In this document: positions 8,935 through 17,371 of the stretch, one piece after another | Layout of the letters: each line of letters starts with the position of its first letter | Numbering within the stretch: the stretch's first letter is position 1 | Virus record (IMG/VR): IMGVR_UViG_2529293246_000006 | From: a virus | Lineage: Duplodnaviria > Heunggongvirae > Uroviricota > Caudoviricetes | Length of the DNA stretch: 35,493 nt | Reading direction: 5' to 3' (one strand) | Notes under the pieces: generated by a model | What the model was told of the DNA's origin: nothing | The model's database searches: none | What the model saw: only the letters and a program-made list of their open reading frames with translations | Program-made: the position numbers and the translations under genes

Positions 8935-8951
8935 ACCTTTAACTACCTCTT

Positions 8952-9722
8952 TCAAAAATTACAAATTACCAGCTCTTTCTTCGGGCTGGGTTTGCCTGTT
9001 ACCTTAAGGTTGTAGCTGATATCAACCGACTGCATGTTCAGACCGTTGAATACCTGCCGCATTTCCGGGATATCGTTCACTGATATAATCATCTTCCCTT
9101 TGATCCTTCGCGCTAAATCTGCCATGTGATCATAGTTTTCCAGCCCGAACTCCACACCATAGCCTTCCGTTCCCCAGTACGGTGGGTCACAGTAGAACAG
9201 CGTATGCGGGCGATCATATCGCTCTATGCACTGGTGCCAGTCCAGATGCTCTATCAGCGTTCTCGACAGGCGCAGGTGTGCCATCGACAGTTCTTCCTCA
9301 ATACGCAGCAAATTGAAGCGCGGCGCACTGGTTGTAGAGGTACCGAATGTGTGATCGGCGACCTTGCCGCCAAATGCCTGTTTCTGCAGGTAGTAGAACC
9401 GGGCCGCCCGCTGAATGTCGGTGAGCGTTTCTTCCGGCGTATCCTGCAACCATTTGTAAATCTGACGGCTGACCAGCGCCCATTTGAACTGGCGAATAAA
9501 TTCTTCCAGATGATGCTTGACCACCCGATAGAGGTTCACCAGTTCCCCGTTGATATCGTTAATGACTTCGGTCTTGCTGGGAGTCTTTAGGAAATAGAGC
9601 GCAGCTGCCCCGCAGAACGGCTCCACATAGCAGGTATGGGCCGGAAACAATGGTAAAATATGCTTCGCCAGACGACGTTTACCGCCAATCCATGGGACGA
9701 TGGGTAAAGATTGTTCTTTCAT
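8952..9722 (-). CDS. dam: DNA adenine methyltransferase (Dam-like, N6-adenine D12 class)
   Basis: ORF 8952..9746 trimmed to the ATG at 9722 (MKEQSLPIVPWIGGKRRL...). FCGAA (motif I) and the DPPY catalytic motif (YCDPPYWGTEGYG). Opposite strand to its neighbours. Confidence 0.85.
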   Translation of the reverse strand: MKEQSLPIVPWIGGKRRLAKHILPLFPAHTCYVEPFCGAAALYFLKTPSKTEVINDINGELVNLYRVVKHHLEEFIRQFKWALVSRQIYKWLQDTPEETLTDIQRAARFYYLQKQAFGGKVADHTFGTSTTSAPRFNLLRIEEELSMAHLRLSRTLIEHLDWHQCIERYDRPHTLFYCDPPYWGTEGYGVEFGLENYDHMADLARRIKGKMIISVNDIPEMRQVFNGLNMQSVDISYNLKVTGKPSPKKELVICNF

Positions 9723-9769
9723 TATCCGTAAGCCTTTTGCAATCAATGAAAATATGGCAGGCTAGTCTG

Positions 9770-9781
9770 GTCTCGCGAGAC
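9770..9781. promoter_or_regulatory. perfect 12-bp palindrome GTCTCGCGAGAC upstream of dam
   Basis: Seen directly in the dam/holin divergent intergenic region, about 50 bp upstream of the dam start. Candidate operator; function unknown. Confidence 0.3.
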
Positions 9782-9969
9782 TGACTGAACCCTGGTCGGC
9801 TCACAGTGCATACCTGTGGGTTGATGACCAGCCTGGTGTTACCGCACCGGGCTGGTCGTTCTTTCAAAGCCATCATGCGGTTCACGTCTGCATCCTCACT
9901 ATTAACGCTGTTTAAAATCCCTTTCCCCGACCATTTGTGATGCTGTCTCCACTACACAAGGAGACGCTC

Positions 9970-10320
9970 ATGAAAAACCTGAAAAAATTCATTCCCCCTG
10001 TTAAAAAGCCACGTCTCAGCGGCTGGCTGCTGACCGCTGTGCTGCTGCTCGGCACCATCGGTCTGGTATCGCCCCAGCAGCTGCCGGTGGTTGTCTACAA
10101 GCTATCACTCATCACGCTGGCGGCAGTATTGGGCTACTGGCTTGACCGTTCGCTTTTCCCCAAAGCCCGTCCCGGTCAGTACCTGAAGCATGATGACAGG
10201 CTGATGGCTGATGGTCGCTTCCCTGTCCAGACTGGCCTTCACCTGGTCTTTTCTGCTGCGCTAATCCGCCGTGCGCTGATTGTTGCTGCAGTCTGTCTGG
10301 CCGTAGCGATGGGGCTTTAA
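9970..10320 (+). CDS. putative holin (three predicted TM segments)
   Basis: ORF 9937..10320 trimmed to the ATG at 9970, preceded by an AAGGAG Shine-Dalgarno. Three hydrophobic stretches. Immediately precedes the endolysin. Confidence 0.5.
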   Translation: MKNLKKFIPPVKKPRLSGWLLTAVLLLGTIGLVSPQQLPVVVYKLSLITLAAVLGYWLDRSLFPKARPGQYLKHDDRLMADGRFPVQTGLHLVFSAALIRRALIVAAVCLAVAMGL

Positions 10321-11057
10321 TGATGACCCTCTATATGTACTGGCCTCAGGTTGTCTGGGCCGTGCTGGTACTGCTGGGGCTGGGCATCGAACTGGCCCGC
10401 TACGGGCAGGCCCGAACGGGTAAGCACAGTTTCTGGTGGCAGCTCTTTGGTTCAGCAACGGTAGCCTGGCTGCTCTGGTGTGGCGGCTTCTTCAGTCAGG
10501 CCCGCGCTGCCCAGCCACCGCAGACCGCGCTGCAGTATCGCGACGATGTGATCCGTAATGCCCGGCTTGAATGGGGAATGTCTGCGCCGGTGGCCGACTT
10601 CGCCGCGCAGCTGCATCAGGAAAGCGGCTGGCGACCTGATGCGGTCTCGCCGGTTGGCGCTCAGGGACTGGCGCAGTTTATGCCCACCACCGCTGACTGG
10701 ATAAGTCAGCTGATGCCGGGGCTTAACAGCCGTGAACCGTTTAATCCGTCTTGGGCCATCCGGGCGCTGGTCAGCTATGACCGCTGGCTGTGGCAACGAG
10801 TCAGCGCCGTCAATGACTGCGAGCGTATGGCCATGACGCTGTCAGGCTATAACGGTGGTCTGGGCTGGGTACAGCGGGACAAACGGCTGGCCTCGCAGCA
10901 GGGGCTGGACAGCACCCGCTGGTTTGGTCATGTCGCCACGGTGAATGCCGGACGCAGCACTGCCAACTGGCGGGAGAACCGTCATTATCCGCAGCGCATC
11001 CTGCACGAACTGGCCCCGCGTTATCTCACCTGGGGAGGCGGCAGCTGTGTGGACTAA
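10320..11057 (+). CDS. endolysin, lytic transglycosylase (SLT domain) with hydrophobic N-terminal segment
   Basis: 245 aa. Contains ...LHQESGWRPDAVSPVGAQGLAQFMPTTADW..., resembling the SLT catalytic region. The hydrophobic N-terminus suggests a signal-anchor (SAR-type) endolysin. Confidence 0.75.
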   Translation: MMTLYMYWPQVVWAVLVLLGLGIELARYGQARTGKHSFWWQLFGSATVAWLLWCGGFFSQARAAQPPQTALQYRDDVIRNARLEWGMSAPVADFAAQLHQESGWRPDAVSPVGAQGLAQFMPTTADWISQLMPGLNSREPFNPSWAIRALVSYDRWLWQRVSAVNDCERMAMTLSGYNGGLGWVQRDKRLASQQGLDSTRWFGHVATVNAGRSTANWRENRHYPQRILHELAPRYLTWGGGSCVD

Positions 11058-11700
11058 CCTGCTAAAAAATCTGCCGTGGCGCAGTCTGCTGCTGGCGGTG
11101 GTCATAAATGCTTTTCTGATTGGGCTTTATTACCTGGGCTACAAAAGCGGGCATGAAAACGCCACGCGCGACGGCGATAAGGCGGTCAGTGAGTTGCAGT
11201 CAGCATTCGACACGTACAAAACGGAGCAGGCAACGCTTGAGAACGCTGCGTTGCGGGCTTGGGCGAAACGGTATCAGGAACAGGTAGCCGCCGGGCAGCA
11301 GGCTGAAGCCAGTTACCTTGAGCAGATTGCTCAACTGGAGAGCCAGAACAAACAACTACAGGGGCAAATTAACGATGTCACACAGCGCTGGATTGATGAA
11401 AAAGGTAAGAGCCATCCCATTGAGTGCGTGTTTACTCGCGGTTTCGTGCGCCAGTACAACGCCGCGCTCGGATATGACAACGCATCCGTCGACACCGGTC
11501 ATTCAGACGCAACTGCCGCCGCTGGCACCGGCACTGGCGCAGCGTCCGGGCAACCTGAAGCCGCTGACGCCTGGCTACGCAACTCAGGCGTCTCCCAGCG
11601 TGATGTCCTCGCCAACATCATCGACAACGCGAAGCAGTGCCGCATCTGGCGCAGCCAGATAAACGGGATGCTGGACGAACGGGAAGGATTACAGAAATGA
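11047..11700 (+). CDS. Rz-like inner-membrane spanin (i-spanin)
   Basis: ORF 10945..11700 trimmed to the GTG at 11047, preceded by a GGGGAGG Shine-Dalgarno. One N-terminal TM (LLLAVVINAFLIGLYYLGY) then a coiled-coil periplasmic domain. Start choice uncertain. Confidence 0.6.
   Translation: MWTNLLKNLPWRSLLLAVVINAFLIGLYYLGYKSGHENATRDGDKAVSELQSAFDTYKTEQATLENAALRAWAKRYQEQVAAGQQAEASYLEQIAQLESQNKQLQGQINDVTQRWIDEKGKSHPIECVFTRGFVRQYNAALGYDNASVDTGHSDATAAAGTGTGAASGQPEAADAWLRNSGVSQRDVLANIIDNAKQCRIWRSQINGMLDEREGLQK
11396..11662 (+). CDS. Rz1-like outer-membrane lipoprotein spanin (o-spanin), nested in Rz in the +1 frame
   Basis: MKKVRAIPLSACLLAVSCAS lipoprotein signal followed by a Pro-rich mature peptide. 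Lies entirely inside the Rz ORF in a different frame. An alternative ATG exists at 11375. Confidence 0.6.
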   Translation: MKKVRAIPLSACLLAVSCASTTPRSDMTTHPSTPVIQTQLPPLAPALAQRPGNLKPLTPGYATQASPSVMSSPTSSTTRSSAASGAAR

Positions 11701-12029
11701 CGTTGCAGGTTGAATTCTGGACGGTGGTGGGCTTTCTCATCACCTTCATGAGCTTTGTCGGCGGTATGGCCAAGTGGCTGTTCAGTAAAGCGGAGGAGCG
11801 TCAGGCGGCGCGGTTCGCCTCTCTTGAGCAGTCGCTGCAACAGTCCGCTTCCAACTGGGGCGAGCTGGAAAAAGAATTTATGCGGTTTAAGGCGGATTTA
11901 CCGCTGAACTACGTCCGCCGCGAGGATTACATCCGTGGGCAGACGGTCATCGAGGCCAAGCTGGACGCACTCTACAACAAACTGGAAGTGGTACAGCAGT
12001 ATCGTCATACAGGAGGTCACCATGGTTGA
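11697..12029 (+). CDS. small membrane protein (one N-terminal TM), Mu-like
   Basis: The ATG at 11697 overlaps the Rz stop (ATGA). FWTVVGFLITFMSFVGGMAKWLF hydrophobic helix followed by a coiled-coil region. Confidence 0.5.
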   Translation: MTLQVEFWTVVGFLITFMSFVGGMAKWLFSKAEERQAARFASLEQSLQQSASNWGELEKEFMRFKADLPLNYVRREDYIRGQTVIEAKLDALYNKLEVVQQYRHTGGHHG

Positions 12030-12333
12030 TATCGCCCGCGTGCGCCGGGAATCCCTGCGCTGGAGTCTGCTGGTTGCTCTGAACAAAACCCGCCCGTACA
12101 CCGCCAGCGAGACGCTGCTGCTGGACGTGTCCCGCGCCATCTACCCGGACACCACTCCGCTGGAGCTGCGCCGTGAGCTGGATTATCTGTCCGACCGCAA
12201 GATGGTTGATCTGGAGAAAAAACCCTCCGGCGACTGGTTTGCCGACCTGACCCGCCTCGGCGTTGACCTGGTGGAATATACCGTGGAATGCGGCCCCGGT
12301 ATCGCCCGCCCGGAAAAGTACTGGAGTGAATGA
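12022..12333 (+). CDS. hypothetical protein (103 aa)
   Basis: ATG at 12022 preceded by an AGGAGG Shine-Dalgarno; overlaps the upstream stop by 8 nt. Confidence 0.5.
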   Translation: MVDIARVRRESLRWSLLVALNKTRPYTASETLLLDVSRAIYPDTTPLELRRELDYLSDRKMVDLEKKPSGDWFADLTRLGVDLVEYTVECGPGIARPEKYWSE

Positions 12334-12878
12334 TGGCCAGACGCAGCACGATAGAAAAGCTGCCGGAAGACGTGCGTCGCTGGCTTGAGCGGGCGCTGAC
12401 TGAATCCGGCTTCAGCGGGTATAACGAGCTGGAGTCCCTGCTGCGTGAGCAGGGTTATGTCATCAGCAAATCGGCTATCCATCGCTATGGCCAGAAGATT
12501 GAGCGCCGCTATGGCGCTATCCGTGCAGCCACTGAAGCGGCCCGGATGCTGACCGAAGGTGCGGCTGACGATCAGGATGCACGTTCGGAGGCGGTGATCG
12601 CCCTGATTCAGACCGAGCTGTTCGAGAGCATCGTCCAGCTGCAGGAAGCGGAAGAAGGCGAAGTCGACCCCAAAGAGCGCGTGGCGCTGTTGTCGAAGGT
12701 GGCAAAGAACGTGGCCACGCTGTCCCGCGCTTCCGTCAACCTCAAGAAGTTCCAGTCTGAAGTCCGGGCCAGAGCGCAGCAGGCGGCCAGCAACGCCGAG
12801 AAAATTGCCCGTAAGGGTGGACTGTCAACCGATGCGGTACAGGCGCTGCGTCGTGAAATTCTGGGGATTGCCTCATGA
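12330..12878 (+). CDS. putative terminase small subunit (Mu gp27-like, DUF3486)
   Basis: 182 aa, directly upstream of and translationally coupled to the large terminase. Family assignment from memory. Confidence 0.55.
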   Translation: MMARRSTIEKLPEDVRRWLERALTESGFSGYNELESLLREQGYVISKSAIHRYGQKIERRYGAIRAATEAARMLTEGAADDQDARSEAVIALIQTELFESIVQLQEAEEGEVDPKERVALLSKVAKNVATLSRASVNLKKFQSEVRARAQQAASNAEKIARKGGLSTDAVQALRREILGIAS

Positions 12879-14398
12879 GCCAGCTTGCTCCTGTTTTGCC
12901 TGACACCTCGGCGCTGGATATCCCCGCCGTTCTGATGCCCTACCAGCAGCGCTGGGTGGCTGACACGTCTCCGCTCAAGGTGATTGAGAAGAGCCGCCGA
13001 ACCGGTATCACCTGGGCTGAGGCGTCCGATGACGTGCTGACCGCAGCCTCTTCAGCCCCTGCGGGTGGGATGAACGTGTATTACATCGCCTATAACCAGG
13101 ACATGACCGTCGAATATATTCAGGCGTGTGCGATGTGGGCGCGGGCATTCAACTATGCCGCCAGTGAAATCGAAGAGGGTTTCTGGGAAGAGGACGAAGA
13201 CGACAAGCATATCAAGACCTACACCATCAAATTCCCTGACTCCGGCTTCCGCGTTGTCGCGCTCTCCAGCCGTCCGTCTAACCTGCGTGGCCGTCAGGGC
13301 ATCATCGTTATCGACGAAGCGGCGTTCCATGAGCAACTGGACGAACTGCTGAAGGCGGCGCTGGCGATGCTTATCTGGGGCGGTAAAGTGCGCGTTATCT
13401 CCACCCATGACGGTGACGATAACCCGTTCAATACGCTTATCGGTGATATCCGGGCCGGGCGTCAGGGGGGCAGCGTACATCGCATTACTTTTCAGGAGGC
13501 TGTGTCCCAAGGGCTGTTCCACCGCGTCTGCCTGCGTACCGGGAAAGAATGGTCGGAAGCATCCGAGCAGGCGTGGATGGCATCGGTGTACAAATTCTAC
13601 GGTGCCGGTGCATCGGAGGAGCTTGACTGTGTTCCGGCCAACGGTGGCGGAGCCTGGCTGTCCCGCGCCCTGATTGAGTCCCGTATGTCGGCTGGCACGC
13701 CGGTGTTGCGTCTGACCTGCCCGGAGGGTTACGAGCTGAAGCCCGATGATGTCCGCTGGAGCGAGACGCAGGAGTGGCTTGATACACATCTGAAACCGTT
13801 GCTGGAGGCGCTCCCCGCTGACGCACGTTCTTTCCTGGGTCGCGACTTTGGCCGCAGCGGTGACCTGTCGGTGGACTATCCCCTGCTGCAGGAGAAGAAC
13901 CTGGTTCGCCGCGTGCCGTTCGTGCTGGAGCTGCGCAACGTGCCGTTCAAACAGCAGGAGCAAATCGCCTGGTACCTGATGGATGGCCTGCCAAACCTGA
14001 TGGGCGCGGCGCTTGATGCCCGTGGTAACGGCTCTTACCTCGCCGAATACGCCATGCAGCGCTACGGCTCCAGCCGGGTTAAGCAGGTGATGCCAACTGA
14101 AAACTGGTATCGCGAGCATATGCCGCCGGTCAAGGCTGCGCTGGAAGATGGCAACCTGGTGGATTTACCGAAGGATGAAGATACGCTGGATGACCTGCGG
14201 GCCGTTCAGGTGGTAAACGGCGTTCCCCGCGTGCCGGAACAGCGCTCAAAAGCGAAGTCTGACAGTGGCAAGCGTCACGGGGATTCAGCCATCGCACTGG
14301 CGCTGGCGTACTTCGCCAGTCGTGAAATTAACAAAGGGCCGGTGAAGGCAAGCTCACGCCGTCGTCGTCAGGCGGCCCGTATGCTGGAGGATTACTGA
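12875..14398 (+). CDS. terminase large subunit (Mu gp28-like)
   Basis: 507 aa. Position and size match, and an ATPase-like VIDEAAF Walker B-type motif is visible. Overlaps its neighbours by ATGA. Confidence 0.8.
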   Translation: MSQLAPVLPDTSALDIPAVLMPYQQRWVADTSPLKVIEKSRRTGITWAEASDDVLTAASSAPAGGMNVYYIAYNQDMTVEYIQACAMWARAFNYAASEIEEGFWEEDEDDKHIKTYTIKFPDSGFRVVALSSRPSNLRGRQGIIVIDEAAFHEQLDELLKAALAMLIWGGKVRVISTHDGDDNPFNTLIGDIRAGRQGGSVHRITFQEAVSQGLFHRVCLRTGKEWSEASEQAWMASVYKFYGAGASEELDCVPANGGGAWLSRALIESRMSAGTPVLRLTCPEGYELKPDDVRWSETQEWLDTHLKPLLEALPADARSFLGRDFGRSGDLSVDYPLLQEKNLVRRVPFVLELRNVPFKQQEQIAWYLMDGLPNLMGAALDARGNGSYLAEYAMQRYGSSRVKQVMPTENWYREHMPPVKAALEDGNLVDLPKDEDTLDDLRAVQVVNGVPRVPEQRSKAKSDSGKRHGDSAIALALAYFASREINKGPVKASSRRRRQAARMLEDY

Positions 14399-15894
14399 TG
14401 GCCCGTGGACTCTGGGTTTCACCCAGTGAGTTCGTCAAATTTGCCGAACCTAATAAAACACTGACGGAGCAGATCGCCTCGCGCAGCCGCTCCATCGACT
14501 TCTTCGGGCTGGGGATGTACCTGCCTAACCCTGACCCCATTCTGAAATCTCAGGGCCGGGATATCCGCATCTATCGCGAGCTGCGTACCGACCCGCTGGT
14601 CGGTGGCTGCATCCGCAGGCGTAAGGCGGCGGTCAAATCGCTGGAGCGCGGTCTTGAACGTGGCCATGCCCCGGCGCGGGTATTCAGCTTCATCCGGGAT
14701 ATGCTCGACGATCTGGATCTGTCCCGCATCATCGGCGAGATGACCGACGCCGTTCTCTACGGGTATCAGCCCTGTGAGATCATGTGGGGACGCTCTGTTA
14801 AATCCTGGGCCATTGCCGATATCGTAGGTAAACCCCCTGAGTGGTTCCAGTTCGACAACGACAACCTGCTGCGCTTTCGCGCCAAGGACGCCGGGCTGGA
14901 AGGCGAGCCGGTACCGCTGAACAAGTTTGTGGTACCGCGTCAGGACGCGACCTACGATAACCCGTATGGCTTCCCTGACCTGTCGATGTGCTTCTGGCCC
15001 GTGACCTTCAAAAAAGGCGGCATGAAGTTCTGGGTGCGCTTTGCCGAGAAATATGGCTCACCGTGGGTTATCGGCAAGCATCCGCGCGGTACCGCTCAGG
15101 GTGAGATTGACCTGCTGCTGGATTCCATGGAGGCAATGGTGGAAGACGCGGTGGCCGCTATCCCCGACGATTCCTCCATTGAAATTAAGGAGGCCGCAGG
15201 CAAGGCCGACAGCAGCGATATTTATCAGAACCTGATAACGCTTGCCCGCAGTGAAATCTCCATCGCCCTGCTGGGGCAGAACCAGACCACCGAGGCCAAC
15301 AGTAACCGCGCCTCCGCGCAGGCCGGACTGGAGGTTACTGATGATATCCGTGACGCTGACGCTGATATCGTGGAAAGCGCGGTGAATCAGGCCATCAGGA
15401 TGGCGGTATCAATGAACTTTGGCGACGTGGCCAGCCCCGTCTGGAAGATGTGGGAACAGGGAACGGTCGACGATACCCAGGCAACCCGCGACGAGAAACT
15501 CAGCCGCTCCGGTGTGGTCTTCACCCCGCAATACTTCAAGCGTGAGTACCAGCTGCAGGACGGTGATATTGACGAGACACCACCGTCAGAACGCCAGAAG
15601 AACATGCTGCCGCTGTCATTTGCCGAAGCTATTGATGCCGATATTCAGGCACAGCAGGCCCTGGACGACGCGCTGGATATTATGATGAACGGAGGCGCGT
15701 TAAATGGCACGCTGGAACCCGTACTGGCTCCTTTGTTTAAGCGGGTTGAAGATGGCGTCAATCCGTCTGAGCTGCTGGGCGAACTGGCCGAGCTGTACCC
15801 GCAGATGAACGCTGAAGACCTGCAGGAACGGCTGGCACGGATTATGTTTGTTGCAACTGTCTGGGGGCGTCTGCATGAGCGTGACAACGGCTGA
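14398..15894 (+). CDS. portal protein (Mu gp29-like, DUF935)
   Basis: 498 aa immediately after the terminase. Family assignment from memory and gene order. Confidence 0.75.
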   Translation: MARGLWVSPSEFVKFAEPNKTLTEQIASRSRSIDFFGLGMYLPNPDPILKSQGRDIRIYRELRTDPLVGGCIRRRKAAVKSLERGLERGHAPARVFSFIRDMLDDLDLSRIIGEMTDAVLYGYQPCEIMWGRSVKSWAIADIVGKPPEWFQFDNDNLLRFRAKDAGLEGEPVPLNKFVVPRQDATYDNPYGFPDLSMCFWPVTFKKGGMKFWVRFAEKYGSPWVIGKHPRGTAQGEIDLLLDSMEAMVEDAVAAIPDDSSIEIKEAAGKADSSDIYQNLITLARSEISIALLGQNQTTEANSNRASAQAGLEVTDDIRDADADIVESAVNQAIRMAVSMNFGDVASPVWKMWEQGTVDDTQATRDEKLSRSGVVFTPQYFKREYQLQDGDIDETPPSERQKNMLPLSFAEAIDADIQAQQALDDALDIMMNGGALNGTLEPVLAPLFKRVEDGVNPSELLGELAELYPQMNAEDLQERLARIMFVATVWGRLHERDNG

Positions 15895-16696
15895 ACTGGC
15901 GTACTGCATGACGTTGCCCCCCAAACGGGCTATCAGTTACCTGAAGTCCAAAGGGTATAGCTTCACGTGGGACTGGGAGGAGATGTGGCAGGATGCCCAT
16001 GCCCGCGCCTTTACCGTCGCCAAAGTGACCCGCCTTGATATCCTGGAAGATATTCGCGGGGCACTGCAGCAGGCTGTCGATGAAGGAAAAACAGGCCGCT
16101 GGTTCCGGCAGGAGCTGGAGCCGGAGCTGCAGCGTAAGGGATGGTGGGGGCCACGTGACACCACCGACCCGGTAACGGGCGAGCCGGTCACCATCCAGCA
16201 GGGCAGCCCATGGCGTCTCGACACCATCTTTCGCACAAATATGTCCGTACTCTACAGCGCCGGTCGCTGGGCTGAGCAGATGGAGAACGTCGACGACAGG
16301 CCGTACTGGATGTATACCGGCATCAACGACAGCCATACCCGCAAGAGCCATCTGGCGCTGCATGGTCTGGTGCTGCGCTATGATGACCCGTTCTGGCAGG
16401 CGTTCTATCCGCCGAACGGCTGGCGCTGCCGTTGTGGCGTGATTGCCCTGAGCGCGGCGGATGTGCGTGCCCGTGGCCTGAAGGTGTCAGGTTCTGGCGC
16501 AGCTCTGGGATGGGAGCTGAAGCTGGTCTCAGAGAAAACCGGCGAGATGCAGAACGTCGCCACCTTCAATACCGGCACCACGAAGGTGGCTACCGACGTC
16601 GGCTGGTCTTATGCGCCGGGGGCAGCATACCGTCCCGACCTTGCCCGCTATCAGGGGACGCTTCAACCGCTGGCACAGCAGGAACTGAGAGGATAA
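15875..16696 (+). CDS. head morphogenesis protein (Mu F-like)
   Basis: ORF 15848..16696 trimmed to the ATG at 15875. Size and position downstream of portal fit the Mu F family. Confidence 0.65.
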   Translation: MSVTTAELAYCMTLPPKRAISYLKSKGYSFTWDWEEMWQDAHARAFTVAKVTRLDILEDIRGALQQAVDEGKTGRWFRQELEPELQRKGWWGPRDTTDPVTGEPVTIQQGSPWRLDTIFRTNMSVLYSAGRWAEQMENVDDRPYWMYTGINDSHTRKSHLALHGLVLRYDDPFWQAFYPPNGWRCRCGVIALSAADVRARGLKVSGSGAALGWELKLVSEKTGEMQNVATFNTGTTKVATDVGWSYAPGAAYRPDLARYQGTLQPLAQQELRG

Positions 16697-16698
16697 CG

Positions 16699-17157
16699 AT
16701 GGCTTCCGATAACCTGGTCAATGTCACCATTAACGATGAATCCCTGCGCCGGAGCCTCCGTGCGCTGGATCTTGCTGCCACAGACCTGGAACCCGCGATG
16801 CGCAAAATCGCCGGAACCCTGCTGGCGGAAACGCAGTTTAACTTTCTCGATGAGGGGCGTCCGGGGTGGACTCCCTCGCTGGCAGCGCAGGAGCGCGACG
16901 GGCAAACGCTGCAGGATACCGGGCGTCTGATGGGGTCGGTATCAACCGACCATGACGACCGGCAGGCAGCGGTTGGCACTAATGTCGTTTATGGGCCGAT
17001 TCACCAGTTTGGGGGTAAAACGGGGCGTAATGAGTCCGTTGAACTTCCTGCCCGTCCGTTCCTGCCGCTGACGGGGGACGGTGAGCTGCAGCCTGAAGTG
17101 GTTGTCCCTATCCTCGATACGATTGTCCGCCATCTTGAAGCAGCGGCCCGTCGCTGA
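16699..17157 (+). CDS. virion morphogenesis protein (Mu G-like)
   Basis: ATG at 16699 after a GAGAGGA Shine-Dalgarno (MASDNLVNVTIND...), 152 aa. Family assignment from memory. Confidence 0.65.
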   Translation: MASDNLVNVTINDESLRRSLRALDLAATDLEPAMRKIAGTLLAETQFNFLDEGRPGWTPSLAAQERDGQTLQDTGRLMGSVSTDHDDRQAAVGTNVVYGPIHQFGGKTGRNESVELPARPFLPLTGDGELQPEVVVPILDTIVRHLEAAARR

Positions 17158-17201
17158 GTTTTGTCTCTGCAGGCGGGTGATTTATCATTGCCAGCCGCTG
17201 A

Positions 17202-17237
17202 GGGGCTGTATTACCTTTATAAAGGCTTTACAGCCCC
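17202..17237. promoter_or_regulatory. 36-bp imperfect palindrome in the G-I intergenic spacer
   Basis: GGGGCTGT...CCTTTATAAAGG...ACAGCCCC, with 8-bp perfect outer arms and a 12-bp perfect inner palindrome. Lies in a 214-bp non-coding gap. Confidence 0.4.
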
Positions 17238-17371
17238 CGCTTTGCACCACTATTCGCCCGCAGCGTGACATTCCCCGTACTGATACCCCCGATTTTTTCT
17301 AAAGCAGATTAAAAGCGCTGCTGACGCTTTTTCCACAGACTGTCCCCGACAACGTAACGCGGGACAGCAAA

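Noticed and set aside
10945-11046. Upstream ATG start for the Rz-like ORF
   Set aside because: Would overlap the endolysin by 112 nt; the GTG at 11047 with a GGGGAGG Shine-Dalgarno and immediate TM helix is more plausible. Not certain.
13052-14119. 355-aa minus-strand ORF
   Set aside because: Antisense to the terminase large subunit; it interrupts the otherwise contiguous plus-strand operon and has no start context.
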